From: Octopus sinensis
Taxonomy: Eukaryota
DNA: 64,000 nt
Assembly (NCBI RefSeq): GCF_006345805.1
Contig: NC_043012.1
Location: 14,632,001 to 14,696,000 of the forward strand
Reading direction: 5' to 3'
Part shown: in pieces, positions 25,414 through 39,648 of the stretch
Layout: each line of letters begins with the position of its first letter
How positions within the stretch are numbered: the stretch's first letter is position 1
Made by a program: the position numbers and the translations under genes
Notes under the pieces: generated by a model
The model's input: only the letters and a program-made list of their open reading frames with translations
What the model was told of the DNA's origin: nothing
Database searches by the model: none

Positions 25414-26048
25414 GATTTGGACCAATCACAGAGTAGTAACCCGGCAGCCATTTTTATTTTAAAACACCAGAATCCATCTTCTAGCTCTTGGCTTGCCTCC
25501 GGAGAAAACAACTTGTCTTTCTCCACAACTTAACTTTCTATGACTCGCATCCACAGTACAAACCAATCTGCTGCTCCCCTTCTTCAAATAGCACAGAATT
25601 GGTTGTGTCAAAGCATGAGAGACATTAAGTTAAATCATTTACTTACAACGCACAGCATCTACTATTTCTTTTCAGGCCTGTCACATAAATGTTTCCGATA
25701 GTATAAATTAACCAGCTAACTTTGTAAAATACGAACGTATATGTATGCACATTTTCCAAAATGCATTTGCGTACATTTTTCGAATGATGCATTAAATTGG
25801 AAACTGGTGTATTCTTTTGCTTGAATTATTGTCCTAAATTCTATGGTATTTAACTTCCACTGAATTATGATCGTCAAGCGTGTTTAGCTTCGGTAATATA
25901 GTAAAGAATGGAAAATTTGATGCGTAATTTATTACTGTTATCATGTCAGAACATTTCATCGATTTTTAGTTTTATAAAAAGAATATTTGAAATAGAATGT
26001 CATGTTATATGTTATGTGTGTATGTGCGTGTATGTGTGTGTGCGCGCG

Positions 26049-26079
<31 letters not shown>

Positions 26080-26849
26080 TGTGTGTGTGTGTTGGTTTTT
26101 TTGTTATTCTTTCATGGCAACTTGCCAGTAAAACAAAACATCTTACGTTGTCAAGTCTAATACAAGAAAAAAAGTCTTCCCAAAACCACAATGGAAACCG
26201 GTTTTTTCCTGTTCCAAGCTTCTTAAAGAAATGCCATAAATAAGAACAACATTAAACGATGGATGAATCAAAGTATTTGGATTTATTTCTAAAAGCAGAA
26301 ATAATAACTTCCTCGCTTTTTTTTTTTTTTTTGTACACTCTACCGTTGTGATGTGGGAATTAGCAAAATGGGAAAAAGTTCTACGATACGCAGTTCTACG
26401 ATACGCTGTTCTACGATACGCTGCCATAGATAAGCATAAAGTTAACATTCATAAGGCGGCAAGTTGGCAGAGTCATTATCACGCCGAGCAAAATGCTTAA
26501 CAGCATTTCGTCCGTCTTCATGCTGTGAGTTCAAATCCTGTCGAAGTCGACTTCGCCTTTTATCCTTTCGGGGTTGTTAAAATAAGTACCAGTCTAACAC
26601 TGGGGTCGATGCAATCAAACTTACCTCCTCTCCTGAAATTACTAGGCTTGTTGCCAAAATGCTAAGCCATAATTCTGCGCAGTTCGATCAGCACAAGATG
26701 ACAAAACCATAGCTGCTGAACTCAGCAGAGACTATCATGTTGGGAATTTCGTCAGTGAAGGAGAAGTGTTGATTGTAGAGTTACAGTCGGTGCATAAAAG
26801 GAAGAGAAAACACAATATCCCATCCAATAATTAAAATATTTTTAAAAAA

Positions 26850-27520
26850 TCAAAAATCATCAACTAGATTATAGCTGGGAGATAATCGTTTACTCAAAGT
26901 AGCTGCTCTCAGCTCCCACCTCAACCACAACACTGTCTCCTTTGGAAGATCTTCAAACACTTCCTTGACCTTGGCCGCCAGTTCAGTCTTGATGTTGCAG
27001 GCAGAACGGTTGGGGGTCTTTCTCAACTGCTCCCCACTCATAGTAATCCAGGGGTTTGCATGAGTGGGATTTTAGGAGGCCTGAATTTGGGGCTAGTGAA
27101 GTTGTAGAAATACTCCGACAATCGCCTCTGACAAGGGGCTGAGCCCTGCTGTCGTACATGTGGCTCTCCAGCAGCAAACCTCTCCCGCAAAAGATTGACC
27201 ATAGTCTCCACCAGCTTCACACACCCGTCTGAATCGAACCTAAAGCCCTGCTCAAAGATGTGGTGGTGTGACGTCACCCTCACTAAAGACCGTCACGGTT
27301 TGGGGAAATTTGGTTTCCAAGATAGTGGGACATCACATGGATTGTAGGCTAGCCACTTGTTGTTTTGATGATGGTGCAATTGATCCTGGCAGAAGTCTTT
27401 TCATCTGAGAAAAAACAGTTCATCCCCTGCTTAACAGGATGCCTCAGCTTCTTCACGAGCTTTCTTTGCCTTAGACAAGCGGTTTTCCTTGGCCTAAGAT
27501 GTCAGAATTCGTCCCGTGCA
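26850..27520 (-). mobile_element. Tc1/mariner-superfamily (maT-like) transposase fossil
   Basis: Fragments QQGSAPC, FYNFTSPKF and CKPLDYYEWGAVEK (degenerate SPDxNPLDY) in shifted frames. Confidence 0.7.
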
Positions 27521-27771
27521 CCTCTTCTGTGAATGGTAGTGAAGGTCCTCGTTCACGGTCAGCTTCATGGTAGCAACTCAAGCACCCATCTCTCTCGCCA
27601 AAAGCCAGATTTCTTTGCTTGGATCTTCAGTCACCTTGACCTGCAGTTGTAATATGAAGTCCGGCATGTGGACGCAGTCAAAATACCTGCCATATTCCTT
27701 ACTACTGACCACGGCTTCGTAGTCTCTGTTGCAGCTGTCCATATCATATCTTACAGCTTTTTTAGTGTTCA

Positions 27772-28128
27772 CTAGCACTATGACCCGGCAACGCCAGGTC
27801 ATACTGCTAGTGCATGCATATACAGCTGCGTGCATGCGCACATACATGCGAGTACTGTCCAAATCTCCGACCAATCACATACAGCTAGCTGGCATTCAAC
27901 TGGCGTATCAAGTTTCGGGCATTTTGATTGGGTTTTGGATAGAAAATTCACAAAAAAGTCACTTCTATTGATTTTTAATGGCTTTGCAGGGTGACTGGAG
28001 AAATGTAAAGATGTGCACAGCCACCCTTGGACGGTTTTAAATGACCATAGAAAGTGCGAGTCCTCTAACTGAAAAATTGTGGATTTGTATAAAGGACACG
28101 CACGCAGTCATTTTGCCGTTGAGAGAGA
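27772..28128 (-). mobile_element. Non-autonomous Helitron, family B
   Basis: A|TC...aacggcaaaatg start, 3' hairpin then CTAG|T. Homologous to 48885-49319. Confidence 0.7.
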
Positions 28129-30349
28129 TAAGGCACTGAGCAGCTGTCATGGAGTCGGCATTCTGATACCCGATGCGAATCATCATTATATAGGTAACTC
28201 TTTTCCAATATTCAAACGGCTTCCAGTCCTCCATGCCAGCTAACTTTTTCTCAACTACAACTTTAATCTTTATGTTCCCCAACGTCGTTGACTGTTTACC
28301 AATGCATCAAGCTGTTACTGAGACAAAGATCATTAGATTTAGCCCGAACACCCTGTGACCTATATGACTTTCCTGGAAATAGCCGCCATAACAAATCGTG
28401 GAAGCTTGGTCTAATAAGTGCCATACTTTTTGGAGTATTCTGAAACAGTCACGGCCTGTAACCTTCGAGATACTGATATGGATGAATTATATGAAGAGTA
28501 TGACATCGTAGAAGCATGCTTGAGATAGCAGATAGGCATAATGAAGAAAATTATCTTGAACTATTTCAATGAGTAGCACCTTGGGCAAGTGTCTTCTACT
28601 ATAGCCTCGGGCCGACCAAAGCCTTGTGAGTGGATTTGGTAGACGGAAACTGAAAGAAGCCCGTTGTATATATGTATGTATATATGTATGTGTGTGTATA
28701 TGTTTGCGTGTCTTTGTCCCCCAACGTCGCTTGACAACCGATGGTGGTGTGTTTACGTCCCCGTAACTTAGCGGTTCGGCAAAAGAGACCGATAGAATAA
28801 GTACTAAACTTCTAAAGAATGTCCTGGGGTCGATTTTCTCTACTAAAGGCAGTGCTCCAGCATGGCCACAGTCAAATAACTGAAACAAGTAAAAGAGTAA
28901 AAAGAGAGTAAAGAGTCTCAAGCGCCTTTTTTTTTTTAAATCTGAAGAAGGTGAGTGCTTAAATCTTTTTCTATTCCATGCAGCAATACTCTCACGGAAC
29001 AAATTTTTTTCCAGCGACGACCTCATCTTGGAAAAGCGATAAAAAAAAAACGTCTGTGAGTGAACTTAGTCAAAGTTCTAACAAATCTGTAACAACTTTT
29101 CAAAATGATGACCACTCATGTACAAAAAAACTCCTATGATGGAAAAATTGGAGATGGCAAATAAAGGGCAAGGATGTATGTCTTTTTGTCTCTTCTCTTT
29201 CAGCCATTGAACAGTGGCCAAGTGGGGTCACCGCCATCAAAGGTTTAGTCGAACAAATCAACTACAATAATTATTTTTTTAAAAATCCAGAACTTGTTCT
29301 ATTGGTCTTTTCTTGCAGTGACTAACAAACCAGGACGTGTACAAATTCAAAGACACATACGTGTATATATGAGCGTATGTATAATGGGATTCCACACAGC
29401 TTCTGTCAACTAAATTCACTCTCAAGGCATTGGTTGGCCTGAGACTATAGAAGACACTGACCCAAGGTGCCACGCAGTGGGACTGAATCCAAGACCATGT
29501 GGTTACAAAGCGCGCTTTTTAATTACACAGCCATGCCTACCACCTTAGACAGTCATAAATAAAGATAATAAAAAGAAATTTCAGTTTATCTTCAATAACT
29601 ATAACTTTAAATTATTCAGAATAATGAATCATTAAACAGGAAAAAACGTCTGGAGAAAATCATAGATTAACGATTGAAAATCTAGGTTTTGGCAGGATTT
29701 AAGAGATAAGCAGAAAAAAAACATAGTCTGTTGGAATTTTTATTTTATAAAATAATTAAAGCTAATGCGATCGCTTGATTTTTGTTATACGGTTTGAAGT
29801 TTTATAAAAAAATTATGAAATACAATATAAATATGCATGCGTGTGCATATATGTGTCTATGTATATGTGAATGTGTGTGTGTGTGTGAGCGTGTGTGTGT
29901 GTGTGTGTGTAAATATGAATGTGTGCATGTGTGCGTGTTGTAGCATTTGGTAACCTTTGACTGTGTATGCATCTGGAACTGGCCGTCCTACTGTACGTAG
30001 GTTATTATCTGTCGCTATCTCTTTTAGAGAAACTGTAGTACAATCTCTCCCATAGAGATAAATAACCTGGTCTCCAAATAGCTGCAGATTTAATTGGGGA
30101 TATTTTTCTGCTATGTACATACAAACACACGTCTAGTAAAAAAAACTTAAATTCTCCACAAATAGTTCTGTACTGCAGTTGAAACCATACAACAAATACC
30201 AATAGGAGTCCGTCTACAACAAAAAGTAAATATTCCAAAACAATGTTAACCATTACTCACCAAAGATTTTGTATGGAGTTTACTCCGGATTACTTTAAAT
30301 GGACTTCCCCGCTATGGGAGATTCTAATTATTTATTTTATTAATTTATT

Positions 30350-30519
30350 TATTTATTTATTTATTATTTACTTCTCTAATTTATATTATATATCCTCTGT
30401 TATATTCCTTAATGTGGTAGTTTTTTTTCTTTTGTTTTGTATGCTGTAAATCATCCTTCAATATTGTCCTCCATATCTTGGGCCCTTGTGACCAATAAAC
30501 GGAATTATTATTATTGTTG

Positions 30520-30587
<68 letters not shown>

Positions 30588-31349
30588 GAGTGAGAGAGCA
30601 GTGCATGCCATCAAAGTGACACTGGGGTAAAATATACGAAGCCCAATATACCCATCATGACTACCCGTCTGATAAAGGTACACCAGGCACATGCATCACA
30701 ACCATATGTGCGCGACATGGTGATCTCATATCAAGATAAACAGCACATGACCTTGCAAGTGGGGCCCAGTTAGAATTTTCTTCAGGTTGAGTATCCCATC
30801 CCGCTCAAACGGTCCCTGAATAAGGGTTGTTTAAGGATGTTGAAAGAACCACCCATGTTTCCAGAGGTGAACTATTCAAACCCCAAAGAATCCCTCTCAA
30901 CACATTGCTATGATGCTCCCCCACTACTTCTGCTCGTGATCAGAGATGCACATATCGTCAGCCACTAAGGGACATACTCAACTGGTTAAGGTCAAACAAC
31001 TGACAAGCAAATCTGTGGTATTGAGCAGAATATTTGCTGTAGCCCATCTTTTATACCAAGACAAAACAATGTACATGATAACACTTCCAATCAGTTAAGA
31101 TCAGAAGCCATGAGAGCCACTGCCTGGTACTGCATCAGGGCATTTATTATTATTATTATTATTATTATTTATTATTATTATTTATTTATTTATTATTTAC
31201 TTCTCTAATTTATATTATATATCCTCTGTTATATTCCTTAATGTGGTAGTTTTTTTTTCTTTTGTTTTGTATGCTGTAAATCATCCTTCAATATTGTCCT
31301 CCATATCTTGGGCCCTTGTGACCAATAAACGGAATTATTATTATTGTTG

Positions 31350-31411
<62 letters not shown>

Positions 31412-31965
31412 GAGTGAGAGAGCAGTGCATGCCATCAAAGTGACACTGGGGTAAAATATACGAAGCCCAATATACCCATCATGACTACCCGTCTGATAAA
31501 GGTACACCAGGCACATGCATCACAACCATATGTGCGCGACATGGTGATCTCATATCAAGATAAACAGCACATGACCTTGCAAGTGGGGCCCAGTTAGAAT
31601 TTTCTTCAGGTTGAGTATCCCATCCCGCTCAAACGGTCCCTGAATAAGGGTTGTTTAAGGATGTTGAAAGAACCACCCATGTTTCCAGAGGTGAACTATT
31701 CAAACCCCAAAGAATCCCTCTCAACACATTGCTATGATGCTCCCCCACTACTTCTGCTCGTGATCAGAGATGCACATATCGTCAGCCACTAAGGGACATA
31801 CTCAACTGGTTAAGGTCAAACAACTGACAAGCAAATCTGTGGTATTGAGCAGAATATTTGCTGTAGCCCATCTTTTATACCAAGACAAAACAATGTACAT
31901 GATAACACTTCCAATCAGTTAAGATCAGAAGCCATGAGAGCCACTGCCTGGTACTGCATCAGGGC

Positions 31966-32030
<65 letters not shown>
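30350..32030. repeat. Near-identical tandem duplication, ~825-bp period, each unit carrying a ~556-bp interspersed element (30588-31143, 31412-31967)
   Basis: Units match apart from microsatellite and homopolymer length. Confidence 0.92.
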
Positions 32031-32032
<2 letters not shown>

Positions 32033-32034
32033 AG

Positions 32035-32415
32035 GTGGCTGACGATATGTGCATCTCTGATCATGAGCAGAAGTAGTGGGGGGAGCATCATAGCCATGTG
32101 TTGAGAGGAATTCTTTGGAGTTTGAATAATTCACCTCTGGAAACATGGGTGTTTTTGTTCAACATCCTTAAACAACCCTTATTCAAGGACCTTTTGATCA
32201 GGATAGGCTTCTCGACCAGAAGAAAATTCTAACTAGGCCCCCACCTGCAAGGTCATGTGCTGTTTATCTTGATATGAGATCACCATGTCGCGCACATATG
32301 GTTGTGATGCATGTGCCTGGTGTACCCTTATCCGACGGGTAGTCATGGTGGGTATATTGGGCTTCGTATATTTTACCCCTGTGTCACTTTGATGGCATGC
32401 ACTGCTCTCTCACTC
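32035..32415 (-). mobile_element. Truncated inverted copy of the ~556-bp (ATT)n-flanked element
   Basis: Reverse complement of 31412-31789. Confidence 0.9.
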
Positions 32416-32466
<51 letters not shown>

Positions 32467-32702
32467 GTTTCGAAGAGAAAATATGGCTGGCACTCAACCA
32501 ATATGTTTATATTGACAGACATTTTGGGTGTTAAAGTATTGTTGAGTAGTGGTTATTATTGATTGAAGAATATTGTAATTTCCCTCTGGTATATGCTTAA
32601 AGGACTGTACAAACCTCGATATATGACTGCAACCAAAACCTAATTCGTAAATAAAACCACTAATCAAATAGTAATTCTACAATTATTTTTTGATCGTCCA
32701 CT

Positions 32703-32967
32703 TCATATAAAATATCTGGAACCAGGAATAAAATATGTATCTGCCCAAATATTCCTGGAACCTCGATTCCACAAACACCTCTTACACTGTTGGCAGCGAT
32801 GATATCGTTTACACTGATCTTGTATCAACATATCAAGCTCTTGAGCCTTCTCTTTGGCCTTCTGAAGGTTCTGTTGTTTCAACATGGCACGGTGTTTCCA
32901 GTCAGTCTCCAGATCTTTGTACAGCTCATAATTAAGTTGACCTTTCATAGCTCTGTCGTTTAGCAGA
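32703..32967 (-). CDS. CCDC81: Coiled-coil domain-containing protein 81, terminal exon
   Basis: ttacag acceptor, phase 2. ...IQDQCKRYHRCQQCKRCLWNRGSRNIWADTYFIPGSRYFI-stop matches the CCDC81 C-terminus. Confidence 0.92.
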
Positions 32968-33743
32968 CTGTAACGAAACAAAATATATACATATTCAATG
33001 CAGCAATATTATACATAAATATATAAGTGTTTTTATACAAAAGGCGGCGAGCTGGCAGAAGCGTTAGCACGCCGGGCGAAATGCTTAGCGGTATTTCGTC
33101 TGCCGTTATGTTCTGAGTTCAAATTCCGCCGAGGTCGACTTTGCTTTCATCCTTTTGGGGTCGATAAATTAAGTACCAGTTACGCACTGGGATCGATATA
33201 ATCGACTTAATACCTATGTCTATCCTTGTTTGTCCCCTCTATGTTTTGCCCCTTGTGGGCAGTAAAGAAATAAATATATAAGTGTTTTTATATAATTAAT
33301 GTCCTAAATATACGGTGGTGCTCCAGTATGACTGCAGGCGCATGGCTGAAATGAGTAAGAGAGTATATATACACGAGGGGTGTTGAAAAGTTCGTGGCTT
33401 TGGGTAAAAGTAAATACAGGAGTATCAGTTAATTACGATTTTATTCAACATATTCTCCTCTCAGATTCCCATACTTATTGCAGCGGTCCTTCAGTTTTCT
33501 AAGTTCTGTGTTGAAAGAACTCGGAAAGATGGGCCTCCAGCCAGGCCTTTTGGGATACCCTTAACGCCAGGAACTTTTCAGCACCCGCCTCGTATGTATG
33601 TATGCATGTATGCATGTATGCTTGTATGTGTGTATGAATGTATGTTCGTATTAGTTTATATGTGTATATGTGTGTTTGTATATGAGTGTTAAGAATAAGA
33701 GCACAAAAGCGTAAGTTTCAAGTCGCCACTAATATATACTTAC

Positions 33744-33997
33744 TCCGTTCTATTCTTCCTCAGTATTTTCTCCTCTTCCCGCTGCTCCTTCATCCTTTTT
33801 AGTATTTCTTCTCGTTTCCGTTGAGCCACCATCTTGAATTGTTCTTTCATAGCTTCATTGGCCTTCCTCTTCTTCTCGGCCAATATCTCTGCCGTTACAT
33901 CGTTTTTACCAAAGTAACCAGCCCCTTCTCCCTCTCTTATATTCTCCTCCTCTTCGATGTCACAACTCTGTTGTTGGCTCATTGTCTTCTCTTGTAC
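33744..33997 (-). CDS. CCDC81: CCDC81 exon (phase 0 to 2)
   Basis: tttacag / GTAAGT. VQEKTMSQQQ...YFGKNDVTAEILAEKKRKA... coiled coil. Confidence 0.9.
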
Positions 33998-34117
33998 CTG
34001 TAAATAAAAGCCGATATTTGGTCAGTCTCCTATACGACCACCACCATCACCACTACCATCACCACCGCCATCGCCGCCACCACTGCTACTCTGTAGATTT
34101 GTCTCTCATCTCTTTCA

Positions 34118-34148
<31 letters not shown>

Positions 34149-35474
34149 CTCTCTTTCGACTCATCGTTGAGGTTTTCTTTAACATTCTGCTTCACTTCTC
34201 AGCGCATTACCAACACTGATGGCGCTCGATTTTCCGCTGGTCTCGACAATGAACATTCAGTTGTTCAAGTAACTGGAATTAACGCGTAAGTGGCTGAGTA
34301 CTCCACAGCTCCACAGATGCATTCTTCTTTGTTCTTTGTCACCCTTTTCAAGCCTAGCCAGGCTCATGGGCCCGGTTTCCCAGTTTCTATGGCATATGTG
34401 TTCCCCAGCTGGACGGGACGGCCAGTCCATCGCAGCGTTACCCATTTTTGCCAGCTGAGTGAACTGGAGTAACGTGAAATGAAGTGTTTTGCTCAGGAAC
34501 ACAACGCGTCGCCCGGTCCAGGAATCGAAACCACAATCTTACGATCATGGTGCTGACACCCTAACCACTAAGCCACGCGCCTCCACACACAGATGCATAT
34601 GACGCAATTATATGACTGAATGACAAGGTTGGATCTTTGAATATTATACAGATACAACCCACGAAGAAAGAGAAAAGAGAGAAAAGAGATAGACAGACAC
34701 TCAGACAGACATACAGACAGACAGACAGACAGACACTCAGACAGACAGACAGACAGAATAATTGATACCAAAACCGGATTGGTTCTTTGAATGGCAGATG
34801 CAATCCAAGAGGAAACAGACAAACACAGACAGGGAATAATCAATGTCAGCAATGGATCAATAAAGTTGACTTCAGCGGGATTTGAACTCGGTGCGCAGAG
34901 CATAAGAACAAATATCTCAAGTCATTCTGGCCAATGCTCTAATAATTCTGCCAATTTGCTGCACCTACCCACACCTACATATATAGACAAACGCACACAC
35001 ACACAACAGACAACACACACAAACATGTGTTTGTGCGTATATATATGTGTGTTACACACACAACACACACGCACAAACATATTTGTATATATATATATAT
35101 ATATGTTTGTATATATATATGTGTGTGTGTGTGTGTGTAATATATGTATGTATATATATATATATATATATATACACGCATGCGCGCGCGTGCACATACC
35201 AACACACACACACACAGACACACACACACACACCACACACACACACAACACATTCTCAGTTTCGGTCCGCCAAATCCACTCACAAGGCTTTGGTAAACCC
35301 AGGGCTATAGTGGAAAGCACTTGTCTAAGATGTGATCCAAGGTGAAACTGAACCCTAGATTACATGGTTTGGAAGCCACGCCTACGCCTACAAGGGGATT
35401 TTTCAATAACAACAGTCATATACAAAATGAGAAAAAGAAGTTGAATTTACCAGAATTTGGATAAAATCACTGAC

Positions 35475-35553
35475 CTGTTTGTCCAGAAGTGTCTTATACA
35501 GATTTATCTTCCTGGATCTCTCTTTAAAATAATCTTCTCTTTGTTTTGTTAAA
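35475..35553 (-). CDS. CCDC81: CCDC81 exon (phase 2 to 0)
   Basis: cattag / GTCAGT. LTKQREDYFKERSRKINLYKTLLDKQ. Confidence 0.88.
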
Positions 35554-36384
35554 CTAATGGTGAAAAAAAGTGAAAAAAAGTGGACATTTTACCAGGGAGT
35601 GTGTTATAATAATAAGGCACTAAAAGAAAATGACTCTCCCGAGACACATTAAAAATAACCCTTTCTATATAATAGATACAAGGTCTGAAATTCGAGGGAG
35701 GGGACTGGTACTTATTTTATCGATCTTGAAAGGATAAAAGAGACAGTCGATCTTGGCGGAATTTGAACTCAGAACGTGAAGACGGATGAAATGCTGCTAA
35801 GCATTTCACCCGGCGTGCTAACGATTCTGCCAGCTCACTGCCTTGAAAGATATTGGTTCTTAAGTTAGCAGTTCGGCAAAAGAGACCGATAGAATAAGTA
35901 CTAGTCTTTACTAAGAATAATTCCTGGGGTCGATTTGCTCGACTAAAGGCGGTGCTCCAGCATGGCCACAGTGAAATGACTGAAACAAGTAAAAGAGTAA
36001 AGAGTATTATTAAGTTGTTGTTTGAAATACAAATTAACACGAAATTTTGATGGACAGTTTTAATTAAGATCCTATTAAAACAGAATTTGTAATATAGCAG
36101 CAAGGACGGTTTCAGATGGATTGGTATGAAAAGGATTAATGTTTCTTAGCTGCTTGCTTCATTGAAGAATCCTTATCTTGAATGACTTTGATCATACTTT
36201 GATCCAAGGTCCGGTTGATCACTGCTCACTTGATGTTAAATAACAAAAACAACAACTACCACTTTGAGTAATTTGAATTTGAAATTTGTTGTTAATGAGA
36301 AAGATTAATAGCCTAAAGTTCATAAGAACATAACCAAATAAGATTTTTTTTAAATCTTTGTTAATCATTTGATAATCTTCTCAC

Positions 36385-36470
36385 CTTGTAGCCAAGTTTA
36401 TCTGCTCAGCTTGGCTTTCAAAATTTTCTTTCTCTTGCTCTCTCAAGGAAGCTAGATTTTTTAGTTCTAT
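36385..36470 (-). CDS. CCDC81: CCDC81 exon (phase 0 to 2)
   Basis: tttcag / GTGAG. IELKNLASLREQEKENFESQAEQINLAT. Confidence 0.88.
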
Positions 36471-37316
36471 CTGAAATAAACAAGTAAAAACATGAAGAGA
36501 CATTTCAAAGACTTAATGGCAATGAAACAGCAATGAACGATGTCCAGACCTGTTCTACGTAGAATGTTGGTTGTTTCGGTCCTTTTTTAATTAGTAGAAT
36601 AACAACAATAATTACGTTATAACCTTTAACTCTCTTATAAACTGTAACAGCAACTAAAGCAATTTCCGCATCAAAGATTGGACAATTATTATTTAAGGTT
36701 GGGGTATGAAAGTAAGTTAATAATCTAAACTGGAGGGGTGCTAAAATTCACAAATAATGACAACCCAATTACAAATTCAATTTACAGAGATTTTTACTTT
36801 CAAATCTATAAGACTTCATAACTAACTAAAAAAAAAAAAGAAAAAGAAATCTTAAAATGTTCAGATGCTATATGAAGAAGAAGTCAATGGTTCAGTCACA
36901 GGAGGAAGGCTATCATCCAGGACTCTTTTCAGGGCCTCTAGAACCTGAGTAGAAAGGCAGAAAGTTATACTCAAACTGGTACCCTGACCCAAATATTTGC
37001 AAAACTGTGGACTTCTGATAAAGGCCCTCACTGGTTATATTATGGTGTTAAAGTATTAAACAGGAGGACAGGTTAAGTTTATCGTACAAAATAAGAACAG
37101 TTCTTCCAATGGACTACCATACAATTGCCACCTACAAAATTCCACTAACAAACTTTGATTGACCCAAGGCTTATAGTAGAAGACGGTTGTCAAATGTACC
37201 ACATAGTGTTATAAAATCCAAAAGCCTGGAATTGGTTTGCAAAGTGGATTTGTTAATCATGCAGCCAAGTTTGTGTGCATAAGGAATGGAAAGAGGTGAG
37301 TTAGAAATGAACTTAC

Positions 37317-37400
37317 TTGTTTCTGTAGTTCTTTACTGTAAGGTAACATTTTAGTAAATAATGGTGGTGTCTCTGGCCGATGGTGGAATAAATAACTCTG
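37317..37400 (-). CDS. CCDC81: CCDC81 exon (phase 0 to 0), NAGNAG acceptor
   Basis: ctgcagCAG / GTAAGT. QSYLFHHRPETPPLFTKMLPYSKELQKQ. Confidence 0.88.
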
Positions 37401-37580
37401 CTGCAGAAGGAAGAGAAATAGTTAAGAAGTTAGTTTATCCAAGAAGGTTTCTGTAAGTACACATACATATATATATATATATATTTATATGTATACATAC
37501 ATACATATATATATATATATACACATATATATACATATATATTTATACAAGCATATATATATAAATACATATATATATAT

Positions 37581-37620
<40 letters not shown>

Positions 37621-39143
37621 TATATCATATATACATATATACATATATACATATACATATACATACATGCATATATATATACACACACATATATATATAC
37701 ACACATATAAATAGATAGACAGACAGACAGACAGATAGATAGATAGATAGATGACAAGCTTCTTTCAGTCTTCATCTAATCTACCAACTCCACTCACAGT
37801 GGTTTGGCCAAGACCAGGCTACCAGCGGTATAGTAAAAGATACTTGCCCAAGGTGCCATGCAGTGGGACTGAACCCAAGCCCACATGGTTGGGAAGCAAA
37901 GCTTCCTAACCACTCAACCGTGCCTGCACCTATTGTTTACACTGTGTCTAAGAATACAGACAGGGTGGTCATGGTTGAATACCTTTTGAACAAAAGTCTA
38001 CTTAACACAATCATATCTGAGTTTCTACAACTGAACAACCAACGTTGGTTTCTCTGGAAGTTTCTCAAAAGTTTGGTCTTTTTCAAGAAACTTGACAGCA
38101 AAATCATTCATGTTTTGTTTTTTAGATATAATTTAGATTTTTATTTTATATTTTATTTATTTGTTCATCTTTTTTTTTTTTCAGATATATATCTGAGATT
38201 ACGAAACAGATTTATGGTCATTTGCTTCTGTCATAAGGTTACATTGCTATAGACACAATGGTTTGGTGTTGGTGTTCTGCTGATTTCTTTTCTTTCTTTT
38301 TTTTTTTCTTTTGGGAGTTGTTCAGTTCTTGAGTGGTTGTTAGCATATGTTGATATTATTGTTGTTGATGTTGTTGACAATGTAGTTATTGATGATGATG
38401 ATGATGAGGAGGAGGAGGAGGATGGTGTTGTTGTTGCTGCTTCTCCTTCTAGTAACTGAAAGTCATATGACAGCTGATTGTGTCTGCTTTGTGTGGGGGC
38501 AAAATATATATGTATGTATTATATGTGTGACTTTGTGTGCATGTGTGTGTGTGTGCATATGAATATATATGTCTGAGTGCCTACATGTATATATGTGTGT
38601 GTGTGTGTGTGTGTGTATGTGTGTGTGATCATAGTTTGAATGTATGAACCTATGTATTTATAAGTGCTGAGACAAACATAAAACTAAAATTTCCAACACT
38701 TCTTAGTCCTGATCTCGCCCTCACTTAAGAGGAGAAATGTTCCTCACTTCATTGGGCACCCCTGGGCTTAATAAATAAATAAGTGAATACATTCATTATT
38801 CTTAGTATGATTGCAAGTGTACATGTGCATATATGTATGTGTATATACGTATGTGTACAGTGTGTGTTTGTGCATGGGTTTAAATGTGTATATATATATA
38901 TATACATATATATAATTATTATTTGAGGGAATAAAATCCAAACTTACAAGGAAAAAGAATTCAATTTAGAAATACTAAATCAAATTCCACACAATATAAT
39001 ATATATATAAAATATTAGAAAGAAACCACCTTTTATCAATTCAAAATGAATAATTAAATTACACCATCTAGAAAATTACATATAATAGAAAAATTAAAAT
39101 TAAAATAATTAAAAGTGAATTGATAAAAGATGGTTTTTTTCTA

Positions 39144-39200
<57 letters not shown>

Positions 39201-39294
39201 TTGTAAAATTTTGTTTATTTTTAGTAGTTTTGACCGCATTGGTCCCTCTTAGCGTGTTGGTATCTACGAATAGTAGTACCCTCAATATAATATA

Positions 39295-39615
39295 TATATA
39301 TATACATAGGTGTATGTGTGTATGTATGTAAGTAAGTATATACTCGTATGTATGTATGTATGTATATATGTATGTGTGTATGTATGTATGTATGTATATA
39401 TGTATGTATGTGTATATGTATGTATGTATGTATGTGTGTGTTTGTATGTATGTATGTATGTATGTATGTATATGTATATGTATGTATGTATGTATGTGTA
39501 TATGTATGTATGTATGTATGTGTGTGTGTTTGTATATATGTATGTATGTGTATATGTATGTATGTATATATGTATGTATGTGTATATGTATGTATGTGTA
39601 TATGTATGTATGTAC
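39295..39615. repeat. (TATG)n compound microsatellite
   Basis: Seen directly. Similar tracts at ~22370-22560 and ~46120-46510. Confidence 0.95.
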
Positions 39616-39648
39616 GCATATATGGATGCATGTGTAATTTCTTCTTAC

